From the IMG/VR virus record IMGVR_UViG_3300021338_000003, positions 1 to 64,000 of that record: a DNA stretch of 64,000 nucleotides, one strand, 5' to 3'. Positions 45,149-54,815 of the stretch are shown here, piece after piece. The translations under genes were made by a program, and so were the position numbers. How positions within the stretch are numbered: position 1 is the stretch's first letter; each line of letters starts with the position of its first letter. The notes beneath the pieces were generated by a model. The model searched no databases. It was not told the origin of the DNA and was given only the letters and a program-made list of their open reading frames with translations.

Positions 45149-45657
45149 AGGTGATGTTTGATACTCACCCTATCCAGTGTACTGTCAAGTTCGCACGCCC
45201 CGAAGCCGGTCAGGGCATTGGACGGATGATTTTCAGGTATCCTCGCGTTGGCCGTTTGGTCGCTTCGGTGGCTTTCATCGACGAGAGACATGGATATATC
45301 GATACCAAAAGGATGACCGCCCGTCAGGCTCGACTATTGTGGAAGAAGGCTGTCACTCCCTATCGTCGGAAGTGGGGTAACGTGTTCTTCTCTCGGGTCA
45401 AGCTTGGTATACCTTTGGCCGACCGGGTGTCTGACATCGAAGCCATTGATGAGTTCCTAGTCCAGGAAGGGGTGTACAAAAGGATGCCCGACGACCGCCT
45501 CGAAGACCTTCGATTCAATGGGTCCAGCACTCTCAACTTTTTCTCAGGGTATGCCAACTTGGCCAAACAGGCTCTGGACCGGGGTGTTGAGCAGGGAGTC
45601 GTGTCCAGTGAAGATGCCTACATGTTTATGAATCGAGTTCATTTGGCCATCAGGTAG
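45145..45657 (+). CDS. Hypothetical protein
   Basis: 170 aa with ATGA coupling. Confidence 0.6.
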   Translation: MKVMFDTHPIQCTVKFARPEAGQGIGRMIFRYPRVGRLVASVAFIDERHGYIDTKRMTARQARLLWKKAVTPYRRKWGNVFFSRVKLGIPLADRVSDIEAIDEFLVQEGVYKRMPDDRLEDLRFNGSSTLNFFSGYANLAKQALDRGVEQGVVSSEDAYMFMNRVHLAIR

Positions 45658-45683
45658 CCTCTAAACCACGGTTTGGAGGTAAT

Positions 45684-45947
45684 ATGGTTCACGATGTAGA
45701 AATGGACTTTGATGGGGTTATCAACGACCCCAACATTTTCCCCGGCCATGGAAGGATGCTGGGCCATTTCTCCTTCCATGATGTTGAGAACAAGGCGTTG
45801 AAGGAGCATTATGCTCACTTTGCTTATTTGGCCATCCATGTTATAACCTCATGCCCTGCGGTTCTAGAGCGACAGGTGGAGGCCACGGTGGCACTACGTA
45901 AGCTTCTTGAGGCCCGGGACGCTTTCGAGCGGGCTGTGGCGTGGTAG
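45684..45947 (+). CDS. Acb2/Tad1-like helical hairpin protein (putative cyclic-nucleotide sponge)
   Basis: HFSFH...HFAYLA..VI..CP...EATVALRKLLEARDAFERAV; GGAGG RBS. Confidence 0.5.
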   Translation: MVHDVEMDFDGVINDPNIFPGHGRMLGHFSFHDVENKALKEHYAHFAYLAIHVITSCPAVLERQVEATVALRKLLEARDAFERAVAW

Positions 45948-47572
45948 CCAAGAAGAAAAAGAAGCCCCAGACTGCCATCCTCAACGAGCGGCTGTGGGTG
46001 CCTGCCGGGCATGTTGACAGGTCAATAACCTCCGAATTTACGTACACCTTCAAGAGGAAGGAAGACGTGCGAGTGGAGGATGACTCTGGATATTTCTCGC
46101 ACTACGAGTACCGGTTCTTCGATGAAGTGCATGAAATGTTCGTCCGTGAGGGCCGCATGTTCGGCTTCCATCGGGGTAACATTGAACGACTGAAGAAATT
46201 CTTCGGGCACCTGAAGTGGAAGGATGAGAGGACCTCCATTCCTATGGGGGCGGCCCTGGCTCATAAGGAAGGTATCTCCTACCGCCATGACCAAGAGAAG
46301 TGCATCCAGAGCATGCTCAAGACCGACGGCGGGGGCCTTCAAATCGCCCCTACCGGATGGGGGAAGACGTTCTTTGGTATCTCAATGGCCATCGAGACCG
46401 GACAGCGTACCCTAGTCCTAGCCAGCCGAACCAACTGGTTGGATGATTGGATGAAGGACCTCCGCAAGCATACCAACATGGAGGAGCTTGAAGAGGAGTA
46501 TGGCGGGCCAGTCTGCGGCATCATCAAGAACAGCGTCAGAGAAGAAGACCTCTTTCCTTGCATCAACTTCTGCACCTTCAGCGCATTCTACACCCATATT
46601 GCCGAGCACCAGAGAGAAAGACTCAAGAATTCTTTCGGGATGGTCATTGCAGATGAGGCGTCCCAGCTGCCAGCAAAGGAGGTGTCTGCCGCATTCACGG
46701 CATTCAACCCGAAGTGGCGGGTTGCCCTGACTGCCGATGAGAAAAGGGCTGACCGTCTCCATAAGCTCACGTACGATATCGTCGGCCCCATTATTTCTCG
46801 TGGCAAGAGAAGGGATAACCTGACTGGAAAGGTGATTCGTGAGAACTCGGGGATTACCCTGAATGCCGCCCGCTTCTATGGCAACTGGCTGGGTACCCTC
46901 CAGTCTAAGATCAGCAAGAACAAGCAATTCTCGGAGCTTGTGATTCGTAGGGCCATTGAAGATGTGGCTGCTGGGTACAAGGTGATGATTATCACCAAGA
47001 CCAAAGCCCAGGTGGCATACATCAGCCAGAGGCTAGCCACCGAGGAATATCCAGTCAGGCAGAGAAACAAGAAGACTGGGAAGACAAGGACCGTGTACCG
47101 CGAAATACAGGTGGCGGTCCTACAGGGTGGGAAGAGCAAAAGGGACAATTACAAAAACGACGAGGTCAAAAAGCAGGCCCGGGCCGGCGAAGTTGATGTC
47201 TTGGTGTGCACTCCTATCGTCGAACTCAATACCGACATCGACAGGATGGACTGCCTGCATGACATGATGCCTGTCGGAAACGAGCAGGCCATCCGCCAAA
47301 GATGGGGTCGTGTCGGCCGCGAGCACCCCGACAAGAAAACCCCTCGTATCCGGATTTGGGATTTCAAGGCCGGACCTGACCATCACCCCGCGGCCAAGTT
47401 CCTCGTCAAGGCTTGGGCCCTTAAGGAAGAGTGGGCCTTGCGCCATGGATATCAGATATCCGACTATACCCCCAGGGGGTCCCTGGAGCGTCTGGATGCC
47501 AGGATCCGGAGTAAGGAGGGGTCGGATAAGAGGGTCGAACAGAGCTTTATTAGGCGCAAGAAGGACTACTAG
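45941..47572 (+). CDS. Superfamily 2 DNA helicase (UvsW/XPB-like)
   Basis: Q-motif YRHDQ, APTGWGKT, IADEAS, ALTA and QRWGRVGR. Confidence 0.88.
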   Translation: MVAKKKKKPQTAILNERLWVPAGHVDRSITSEFTYTFKRKEDVRVEDDSGYFSHYEYRFFDEVHEMFVREGRMFGFHRGNIERLKKFFGHLKWKDERTSIPMGAALAHKEGISYRHDQEKCIQSMLKTDGGGLQIAPTGWGKTFFGISMAIETGQRTLVLASRTNWLDDWMKDLRKHTNMEELEEEYGGPVCGIIKNSVREEDLFPCINFCTFSAFYTHIAEHQRERLKNSFGMVIADEASQLPAKEVSAAFTAFNPKWRVALTADEKRADRLHKLTYDIVGPIISRGKRRDNLTGKVIRENSGITLNAARFYGNWLGTLQSKISKNKQFSELVIRRAIEDVAAGYKVMIITKTKAQVAYISQRLATEEYPVRQRNKKTGKTRTVYREIQVAVLQGGKSKRDNYKNDEVKKQARAGEVDVLVCTPIVELNTDIDRMDCLHDMMPVGNEQAIRQRWGRVGREHPDKKTPRIRIWDFKAGPDHHPAAKFLVKAWALKEEWALRHGYQISDYTPRGSLERLDARIRSKEGSDKRVEQSFIRRKKDY

Positions 47573-48210
47573 TGAAAAAGATCCACCGGGGATGGAAATT
47601 CAACAAAGCCACGACCCAGGAGAAGCTCTTGGCTCTGGCCGGAGTCCCTCCCGAGAATTGGAAGCCTATCAGTGGTGACGTGGTCTTCTCGAATATGTCA
47701 TACTCTCACTACCGTGGGAGTTCTACCATCACTGACAAAGAGCAGCAGGAGTGGTTCAACCTTCTGATGGACCCGGATGAATTGCTCAAGGGGCGGCTTG
47801 TGCTGATTGGGTGCCCAGGTCACGACACCCATGCTCTACATGTTGCAGTTGACATGGTCCGGCCCATCATGGACCAGGCTGCTGAATCGGGAGTAGCCAC
47901 CAAAAAGGTCAGGTTCACCGACCTGTCCCAGGTTCCAGATTTTGACACGTCAATGCCTGATGGTACCCGTGGTTCTCGTTGGTGGTGGGAGGGGAAGGAA
48001 ACCGCGGTTCATGTAATCCACAACATCACCGAGGAATGCACCCCTGGAAGGCTCCAAAAGTGCCGTGACGTCATTAGGGCTTTTCACCTGTCCACAAGGA
48101 TTGTGGTAATTGCTGGAGCTGACCCTATTGAGTTTGCCCTTGACGTTCTTCGAGTGAAGCCTGAGGTCTGTTTGTATATGGACCGGATTTCTGTGAAGGT
48201 GAGCCGTTGA
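47572..48210 (+). CDS. Putative degenerate DnaC/IstB-like helicase loader
   Basis: LVLIGCPGHDT at the Walker A position and VHVIHNI at the Walker B position; coupled to dnaB by a TTGA overlap. Confidence 0.45.
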   Translation: MKKIHRGWKFNKATTQEKLLALAGVPPENWKPISGDVVFSNMSYSHYRGSSTITDKEQQEWFNLLMDPDELLKGRLVLIGCPGHDTHALHVAVDMVRPIMDQAAESGVATKKVRFTDLSQVPDFDTSMPDGTRGSRWWWEGKETAVHVIHNITEECTPGRLQKCRDVIRAFHLSTRIVVIAGADPIEFALDVLRVKPEVCLYMDRISVKVSR

Positions 48211-49595
48211 GCAACTCAATGCCCTTGTACAACCCGAAGCTTGAACAGCGGGTTCTCGTTACTATTACCGATAGCCACGATCGGGCGCGTAACCACTTGA
48301 TGTCTCAGCTTCGGACTTCGTGGTTTGGATATGAGCCTGCTCTGGAGGTATACGAGCATGTTGCCAGGATGATGAGGGAAGGGGCGGAAATCCCTACTGC
48401 TCGAACTCTGGCTATGGACTCCGGCCTGACGGATAGGGCTCGCTCCTTCCTTCAGAAGGGTCAGGGGAGGGGGTCAAAGCATCCAGCAAGGATGTCCAAG
48501 AAGGCTGATCTCGAAAGGTCCCTCAAATACCTCTCCAAGTACAGAAAGCAGCGCATTTGCCACCACATTGGGAACCTTGTCGGTGATGAGCTGGAGAAGG
48601 AGAACCCAGACCACGAAGACCTCTTCGAAGATGTTGAGAAACTCATTCTCCAAGCCCGCAGAGGCCAGGGTCAGTCCATAGTCCACATCGGCCAGGGTGA
48701 CAACTTCAACGATGACTTTGAGGACCTTCTGTCCGACGAGTCAATCGATCTCATCCCTACCGGATGGAAGCCGTTTGACGCCGAGACGGGCGGATTTGGT
48801 CGCACAGACCTCGTGTTCCTGGCAGCCAATTATGGTGGCGGCAAGACCACTGTAGCCCTAGACATGGCCAAGAATGTCTACAAGGAAGGGTATTCGGTAT
48901 GCGTGGTCTCCCTGGAGATGCCCCGCCGTCAGGTGTGGGCTCGTGTCTGGTCCAATGAGACCAAGATTGAATTCTCAAAATTCCGTCTGCACAACCTCAG
49001 CGGTGACGACAAGAAGAGAATCCGCCATGCCCGCAAGAAGTGGATGGAGTATGGAAAAGCAAATGGGGTGCGATTCTCGGTTTGGAACCCCGGGGCCCTG
49101 ACACCAACCCAAATGATCAATGAGTTGAAGGCATATGGTTTCGACCTCATTATCGTTGACTACATCAATCTCTTTGAAATGCCTTCCGGGAAGGATGAGC
49201 GAATCGCCCTAGGTGAGATGGCCCGGACCCTGAAGCTTGGTGCCGGTGAAAACTTCCTCAACTGCCCTATCGTGGTCCTTGCTCAGCTCAATGACGAAAA
49301 TCGCATCAAATACAGCCGGGCCATGGCCGAGCACGCTGACTATATTTTGTGGTGGCGCCGGGATGATGAGGAGAAGATCACCCACTATTTTGATGTCCAC
49401 CAGGACAAGGCCCGTAACGCCCGCCAGTATTCTATGAAGTTCAGGGAAGATTTCTCCACCATGTCCGTTGAGGCGCTCCACGAGATCAAGCCTGAGACCC
49501 AGGATACTCCCAAGGAAGCGGACGAAGATCCCAAGAAGAAGCCCAAGAAGCGTAACAGACCACGCGGGGCCATGGATGGGTTGACCCTGTTGTGA
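48207..49595 (+). CDS. dnaB: DnaB-like replicative helicase
   Basis: IPTGW..FD...GGF, AANYGGGKT, VSLEM, IIVDYINL, VLAQLN, YSRAMAEHAD and KARN. Confidence 0.92.
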   Translation: MSNSMPLYNPKLEQRVLVTITDSHDRARNHLMSQLRTSWFGYEPALEVYEHVARMMREGAEIPTARTLAMDSGLTDRARSFLQKGQGRGSKHPARMSKKADLERSLKYLSKYRKQRICHHIGNLVGDELEKENPDHEDLFEDVEKLILQARRGQGQSIVHIGQGDNFNDDFEDLLSDESIDLIPTGWKPFDAETGGFGRTDLVFLAANYGGGKTTVALDMAKNVYKEGYSVCVVSLEMPRRQVWARVWSNETKIEFSKFRLHNLSGDDKKRIRHARKKWMEYGKANGVRFSVWNPGALTPTQMINELKAYGFDLIIVDYINLFEMPSGKDERIALGEMARTLKLGAGENFLNCPIVVLAQLNDENRIKYSRAMAEHADYILWWRRDDEEKITHYFDVHQDKARNARQYSMKFREDFSTMSVEALHEIKPETQDTPKEADEDPKKKPKKRNRPRGAMDGLTLL

Positions 49596-49601
49596 GGAAA
49601 T

Positions 49602-50543
49602 ATGCGTTCTCTTTTCGGCGAATCCAACGAACCAATGTTGGCCACCTCGATGGTGGGTCCACTGCTCAAGACGAAGTGTGTTCTGGTGGTGGATGTATCC
49701 AACATCGCCCACAGATGCTGGCACTCCCCAGGCTACAAGAACATGTCGCACAATGGTCAACAGACTGGCCACGTGTACGGTTTCTTTCGTACCATCGACT
49801 CCTTCGTCAACGCCTCAAAGATTCGGCCAGTATCCATCGTCTACTGCACAGACGGCCACGCAGCCGCAAGGTATGAAAGGTATCCTGAGTACAAAGGCAA
49901 TCGAGACAAGAAGTATGACCTCGTTCCAGAGGTTGTAGAGGTTGCTCACCTCATGCCTGGGTACACTGTGCATCGAGATGACTGGGAGGCCGATGACTGT
50001 GCCGGGTCTTTTGTGCGTGCTCTTCGGGCCCGGGAGGCCAAGGAAGGAGTTAGACCAGCCAAGGTCATGCTTGTCACTGGCGACAAGGATTTTGAGCAAT
50101 TGCTCGATTTTGAAGATGTCTATATTTGGACGTCCTCGAAATCCAACCCCTATGGTCCATCCGGAATCAAAGAAGCTCAGGACCCGCGACACATCCCGAT
50201 GATGAAGGCCATACATGGAGACACGTCGGATAACATCTTTGGAATTCCCTACTTCAAGAAGAAGGTCACAGCTGCGATCCTCCCCAAGATGGAGGACCCT
50301 CTATCTGTTGATGAGTTCGTGGCCCTAGCCAAGCAGGAATGCTCCAGTAGGGTGTACGAAAAGGTCCTGAATTACAGGAGAAAGGTCGAGGACAATATTT
50401 TCCTAACTCGCATCAGGACTGAACTCCGATTGAAGATACGCAAAAATCGGGCTTCGGAAAGTAAACTCCGAGGTCTACTACAAGACAAGTACGGATGCAG
50501 CAAGCTGGACCACAGCATGAGGAGGCTATTCGGTGGGCCGTAA
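49602..50543 (+). CDS. 5'-3' exonuclease / flap endonuclease (Pol I N-terminal, T5 D15-like)
   Basis: LVVD, RYERYPEYKGNR, EADD, TGDKDFEQL and GDTSDNIFGI. Confidence 0.92.
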   Translation: MRSLFGESNEPMLATSMVGPLLKTKCVLVVDVSNIAHRCWHSPGYKNMSHNGQQTGHVYGFFRTIDSFVNASKIRPVSIVYCTDGHAAARYERYPEYKGNRDKKYDLVPEVVEVAHLMPGYTVHRDDWEADDCAGSFVRALRAREAKEGVRPAKVMLVTGDKDFEQLLDFEDVYIWTSSKSNPYGPSGIKEAQDPRHIPMMKAIHGDTSDNIFGIPYFKKKVTAAILPKMEDPLSVDEFVALAKQECSSRVYEKVLNYRRKVEDNIFLTRIRTELRLKIRKNRASESKLRGLLQDKYGCSKLDHSMRRLFGGP

Positions 50544-51729
50544 TCTCAAGCGAAAGAAGAAAAACGTCTCCGAGCCACTGAGCCAGTGCCGGTTCAAGGT
50601 GGCCACCCAGGCTTTCCTTCATGGTCTGGGTCGAGTGTCCAGCATGCTGGCCATCAATGACGTTAAGGCCGAGCACCAACGGGTTCTCGTCACCGCCAAG
50701 GAAGAGGGGTACATACTCATCGAGTCTGGGTCCTCGGGGTCCTACTGCAAGGTCAAGGTCACGGCGGAGGTGGTTCAGCCTGGCTACTTCTGCACCCAGA
50801 TGCAGATCCCTCAACTTCGGTATGGCGGCCCGACCGTCATGTTCTCTACCGACACCGAGGCCAGGAGGGTCAAGTATTCCTCTCGGATCCGTGGAGACTT
50901 CGTATGCTCCACCAACCCAGACTCCATTGTCAGGAATCGCCCCAAGGACAAGCCAGAGAACTCCATGTGGGTGCCAGTCAAGAAGTTCTCGGAGGTATAT
51001 CAGACGGCATATTTCAACGCTGATGTGGCTGAAGACAACCCAGACGTGCTGGTGCGGTATGACATTGAGCCCAAGGCCAAGAAGGGTGACGGCCCGTCCC
51101 ACATCCTTCGTTTGACCGTCCATGACCTTCACCGTGCTGCCTTCTCCCATGATGGCATCTCGGTCAAGGGCAAGTCCGGCACTGGCACCTTCCTGGCTTC
51201 CTCGATGTGGAAGTTCCTCCGCGGAGCCTCCCAAGAGGAGGTGTCCATGATGATCGGGGCCACAGACGACTCCATATGGCTTCACACCGACGTCTGTACT
51301 TCGGTATCACCTAGGGTACATGGTAATGTCCGCAATGTGTCCGAGTGGTCCAATGCCTTCGAGGATGACGAATCTGATTTCGGGTTTGCTATTGACACTG
51401 CAAACCTTGTGGAGGCTGTTCGTGATGTGGCCTCTATTCATGATGGAGATGCCGAGTCCGAATACCGGTTGAGTATGATGGTCAACAAGAATGGCCGCAA
51501 GCTCAAGTTGGTCATGGAATCGAACATTGGGAAGGCCGAGCAGGAGATTCCGATCCATTCCGGGCAGGCAGGAACGGTGGATGTAGATTCGGCCTTCCTC
51601 CTCAATTCTCTGGGCCTCTTCAAAGAGAATTGCCCCTCCTTCTTCACAGTGTGGGAGAACGCACTACGGATGAAGGTTATGGGAGATCACGAGTCCACCC
51701 ATTTCATGAGCACTCTGGTGCGCCGATGA
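50533..51729 (+). CDS. Probable DNA sliding clamp (DnaN beta-like)
   Basis: 398 aa with a three-domain alpha/beta periodicity; LTVHDLHRAA resembles DnaN VATDGHRLA; replication-operon context with a DnaX loader in the window. Confidence 0.6.
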   Translation: MGRNLKRKKKNVSEPLSQCRFKVATQAFLHGLGRVSSMLAINDVKAEHQRVLVTAKEEGYILIESGSSGSYCKVKVTAEVVQPGYFCTQMQIPQLRYGGPTVMFSTDTEARRVKYSSRIRGDFVCSTNPDSIVRNRPKDKPENSMWVPVKKFSEVYQTAYFNADVAEDNPDVLVRYDIEPKAKKGDGPSHILRLTVHDLHRAAFSHDGISVKGKSGTGTFLASSMWKFLRGASQEEVSMMIGATDDSIWLHTDVCTSVSPRVHGNVRNVSEWSNAFEDDESDFGFAIDTANLVEAVRDVASIHDGDAESEYRLSMMVNKNGRKLKLVMESNIGKAEQEIPIHSGQAGTVDVDSAFLLNSLGLFKENCPSFFTVWENALRMKVMGDHESTHFMSTLVRR

Positions 51730-52205
51730 CTACTGATTTCACAAAAACCGGACCCCGAGAATTCAGGGTATATGTCCTGAAGTCGTCGAAGGCCCCTAGG
51801 AGAGAACCAGAGGAATATGGGGCACTCAAGAAGTCTTTGTATAGGGATGGTCGGGTGACCCTATATGTGTGGCTACATGATGGTAAGCCGATCATGTACT
51901 CCCTGGAAGTAAGCCGGGAGCCCACGGCTTCTGTGGATGGCCCTATTTCGGCCGCCATTTTTTTCAGGAAGCACTCCAAGGAGTACAAACGTCGCAAGAT
52001 GTCTGTCATGTTCAGGGATGAATACGTACGGCTGTTGCGGTTTGGGAAGAGCAATTTTGATTATGTGTTCTGTTGTTCCAAGCCCCGGTCCAATCTTCGA
52101 CTGGGCGATAGACGCTTTTCTACCATTGCCAACATTCATCCTATGGAAAAGGAAGTCACTCGTGTCAATGTGACCATACCCAAGAAGGAGCCAAACGATG
52201 GCTAG
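51726..52205 (+). CDS. Hypothetical protein
   Basis: ATGA coupling to the clamp gene. Confidence 0.55.
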   Translation: MTTDFTKTGPREFRVYVLKSSKAPRREPEEYGALKKSLYRDGRVTLYVWLHDGKPIMYSLEVSREPTASVDGPISAAIFFRKHSKEYKRRKMSVMFRDEYVRLLRFGKSNFDYVFCCSKPRSNLRLGDRRFSTIANIHPMEKEVTRVNVTIPKKEPNDG

Positions 52206-52998
52206 CAAGAAGCCGGAGGTATACCGGGATGAAGAGGGTAACCTTATGCGTCCAGAGGAGGTTGCGGGTACGGCCATATGCGGTCGGTGTATATTCTATT
52301 CTGCCCTTCACCCGGCAACCATGGGACCATGCAAGGATACGTTCTCAGTCACCCGCACAACCAGGGCGTGCGTGGACTTTGAAATCGATGTTGACCCGTC
52401 ATACTACCGTCGTATTTCTGCTGTGAAGAAATACAATCTTTTGGCAGGACCTTACCTGGAGCAGCTGGGGGACTTGATCGAAGAGGTTCAAAGCCTGGCC
52501 GGGCGAGTATTCTCTAGGGCCCAAACCAGAGCCGGCAATAAGAGGACCATGGCCCCAGTGTTGGAAGTCCTCAGGAAACACAAGGATACCTCTGCGCTCA
52601 TCCCATTTTTGGAGGAGGTGCAGAGGTACAGGGACCGCGTATCCGAAATTCAAAGTATGGCCATCAATTGGGCTGGGGAGATCGGGGTCATCAGAGAGAA
52701 GGCCGAATCTTACATGTATTCCAAGTTCTCAGAAACCCGTACCGTCAAGCCAGAAGCCATCAGGAAGGCCACTATCTCTTCCGTCCTAGCGGAGCTGCAG
52801 GAAGCCCATGACCGGGTGGATGTTCTCCTCAAACAATGTGATGCTGCCCTGCGCAATTTCTCTGCCCAGCATAACGCTCTCATTGAGATTCAGGTTTCTG
52901 CCCGCACACCGGTAGCAATCCCTAAGGTAGCCTTGTCCGAGTTGAAGGCTGATGATAGTCCCATCCTCCGGGGCAAGAGCAGGAATAGAAACCGGTGA
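52198..52998 (+). CDS. 4-Cys module plus long helical domain (UvsY-like recombination mediator?)
   Basis: CGRCIFY...C...CVDF at the N-terminus; long amphipathic helices at the C-terminus. Confidence 0.5.
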   Translation: MASKKPEVYRDEEGNLMRPEEVAGTAICGRCIFYSALHPATMGPCKDTFSVTRTTRACVDFEIDVDPSYYRRISAVKKYNLLAGPYLEQLGDLIEEVQSLAGRVFSRAQTRAGNKRTMAPVLEVLRKHKDTSALIPFLEEVQRYRDRVSEIQSMAINWAGEIGVIREKAESYMYSKFSETRTVKPEAIRKATISSVLAELQEAHDRVDVLLKQCDAALRNFSAQHNALIEIQVSARTPVAIPKVALSELKADDSPILRGKSRNRNR

Positions 52999-53453
52999 AT
53001 AGGCGCCCTACCATAGACGAACGGTCTTGTCCCGATTGCGGGCAAGCCGTAGACTGGGGAGAAGAAGGAAAAAGTCCGTCTAAACCAACTCTTTGCATGA
53101 GTTGCAATTGGGAAGGACCATTCTATAATACGATACCTCGTCCCCCTAACCCGAAAGATGGCAAGAGGGTGGATGACCTGTATTCTGCGTTCAAGGAAGT
53201 CCTTGAATTCGAAGTGGCATCAGAGAAAGCGTTTGGGAAATTTCAAAACTTCATGGTGTCAAATCCCAATGCCGACAATGATGAAACGTCCCAGAAGATA
53301 TTCAGGGAGTACATAGACAAGGTGGGCCAGATCAAATTCCTCATTAACATCTTGAGTCTGTCCAGTGTGGACCCGGAAGTAGCCAAGCACATCGTCGGTA
53401 ATGAGGTAAACAGGCTATTTCCGAACCTTCCAATGAGGATCGCCAGGCAATGA
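52995..53453 (+). CDS. Zinc-ribbon hypothetical protein
   Basis: CPDCG...CMSC. Confidence 0.55.
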   Translation: MNRRPTIDERSCPDCGQAVDWGEEGKSPSKPTLCMSCNWEGPFYNTIPRPPNPKDGKRVDDLYSAFKEVLEFEVASEKAFGKFQNFMVSNPNADNDETSQKIFREYIDKVGQIKFLINILSLSSVDPEVAKHIVGNEVNRLFPNLPMRIARQ

Positions 53454-53809
53454 AGATCCGCACGTTCTTTCTTCTGCTGAAGAATAGGGCCCCTATCTTC
53501 TCATCCAACGAGGGGAGGAGGTCGGTCCTGGTATGGACTTCCAGGGCCAAGGCTCGGGCCTATCAAAACGCCCGTACGAATGAAGGTGAAGATACATTCG
53601 ATATTGAGGAGTGGAAGCCTCTTTTCCTGGTCAAAACCCTCGAATCGTACAAGAGTGTGCTAGAAAAGGGAGGGGTCGAATGGGTAATGGTGGACCATCC
53701 GGGGAGGTCGGCGAAAAAGGTTCTGCACCTGAGATTGGAGGACGTGTTGGGCCTGGAAAGCAACCGTCCCTTCAGGGCGATCCGGGACAAAAGCACCCAG
53801 GGGTCGTAG
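53450..53809 (+). CDS. Hypothetical protein
   Basis: ATGA coupling. Confidence 0.55.
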   Translation: MKIRTFFLLLKNRAPIFSSNEGRRSVLVWTSRAKARAYQNARTNEGEDTFDIEEWKPLFLVKTLESYKSVLEKGGVEWVMVDHPGRSAKKVLHLRLEDVLGLESNRPFRAIRDKSTQGS

Positions 53810-53883
53810 CCCTCTCTCACCCTGGTCTGGAACAGCTGGTGGGTGGTGCTGTATTCCAGTTAGGCTCTGGACCCCAGAGGGGC

Positions 53884-54243
53884 ATGGCTGTGTCCGCTGC
53901 CCTGCGAGACATCACCCCCAAAGTTCAAGGCATCCTTCCTGAGTATTTGTATGACTCTAATCTGGATTTTGTCGAAGAGCCTACGGTGAACACCGAGTGT
54001 GACTTGGAGTCGTATATTCTCATTCGAGCCCAGGCTCTCGTGGTTGACCTTGACTACTCTCCGGCAGGAGCCGAATGCTTGATAGCCAAGGCCCACAAGA
54101 TTCCAGTGATTGGGCTCAGTGAGCGTAGAACGTTCTTGCCATCCACTCGAATCAACACCGATTACCTGATTTGGCCACGGCTAGAATCCGTGCAGCTCAT
54201 TGTAGAAGCCTTGAGGAGCCAGGTATGGCCAACGTCAAGATAG
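53884..54243 (+). CDS. Nucleoside 2-deoxyribosyltransferase-like protein (start uncertain)
   Basis: LIRAQALVVDLD...GAECLIAKAHKIPVIGL resembles the NDT motif AD.VVA.LD...G.E...A.A..KPV. Confidence 0.5.
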   Translation: MAVSAALRDITPKVQGILPEYLYDSNLDFVEEPTVNTECDLESYILIRAQALVVDLDYSPAGAECLIAKAHKIPVIGLSERRTFLPSTRINTDYLIWPRLESVQLIVEALRSQVWPTSR

Positions 54244-54806
54244 AGAAATACGACGACTACCCGACACCACTTCCTGACGCCCGGTATCTGACCTCTCTTC
54301 TTCCGATCGAACCGGGCTCAACCATACTTGAGCCCCATGCCAACAAAGGCAACTTCCTCCGAGCCATCAAGCTTGAGACTCGGGGCATGGGCTGCAAGTA
54401 TTTTGCCAATGAATATCAGGCGAAGTACATTCCTACGCTTCGGAGGGTTATCCGGCCCAAAAGAGTACGACATGGGGATTTCTTTGACATCAAACCTCGG
54501 AGCGATGGTAGGTTTCGGTTTGATTGGGCCATTGGCAATCCTCCATTCACCGGAAATTCTGGGATTCTCCATACAGAGCATGCCCTGAAGCTCGCTCGAA
54601 ACGTAGCATTCTTTCTTCCGCTGCGCTACCTCTCGTCGGGTCAGAGATTCCAGTTTTGGAATGAATCACCCATTCGTCGTTTTTGGAGTGTTGCAGAGAG
54701 GCCGGTATTTGTTGGTTCCTCTGGTGGTCGTACGGATTATGCTTTCTACCACTGGCAGCACGGATACGAAGAAGAGCCTACGTTCGGGGTGATTTCGCTC
54801 TTGTGA
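54225..54806 (+). CDS. Orphan amino (N6-adenine/N4-cytosine) DNA methyltransferase
   Basis: DYPTP, ILEPHANKGNF (SAM binding), GDFF and IGNPPF (motif IV); ATG 54225 after GAGGAG. Confidence 0.85.
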   Translation: MANVKIEKYDDYPTPLPDARYLTSLLPIEPGSTILEPHANKGNFLRAIKLETRGMGCKYFANEYQAKYIPTLRRVIRPKRVRHGDFFDIKPRSDGRFRFDWAIGNPPFTGNSGILHTEHALKLARNVAFFLPLRYLSSGQRFQFWNESPIRRFWSVAERPVFVGSSGGRTDYAFYHWQHGYEEEPTFGVISLL

Positions 54807-54815
54807 GGGGTCAGC

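Noticed and set aside
48207-49595. Inteins or introns in DnaB (also checked in RecA and ligase)
   Set aside because: Lengths are normal, motifs are contiguous, and no intein splice signatures were seen.
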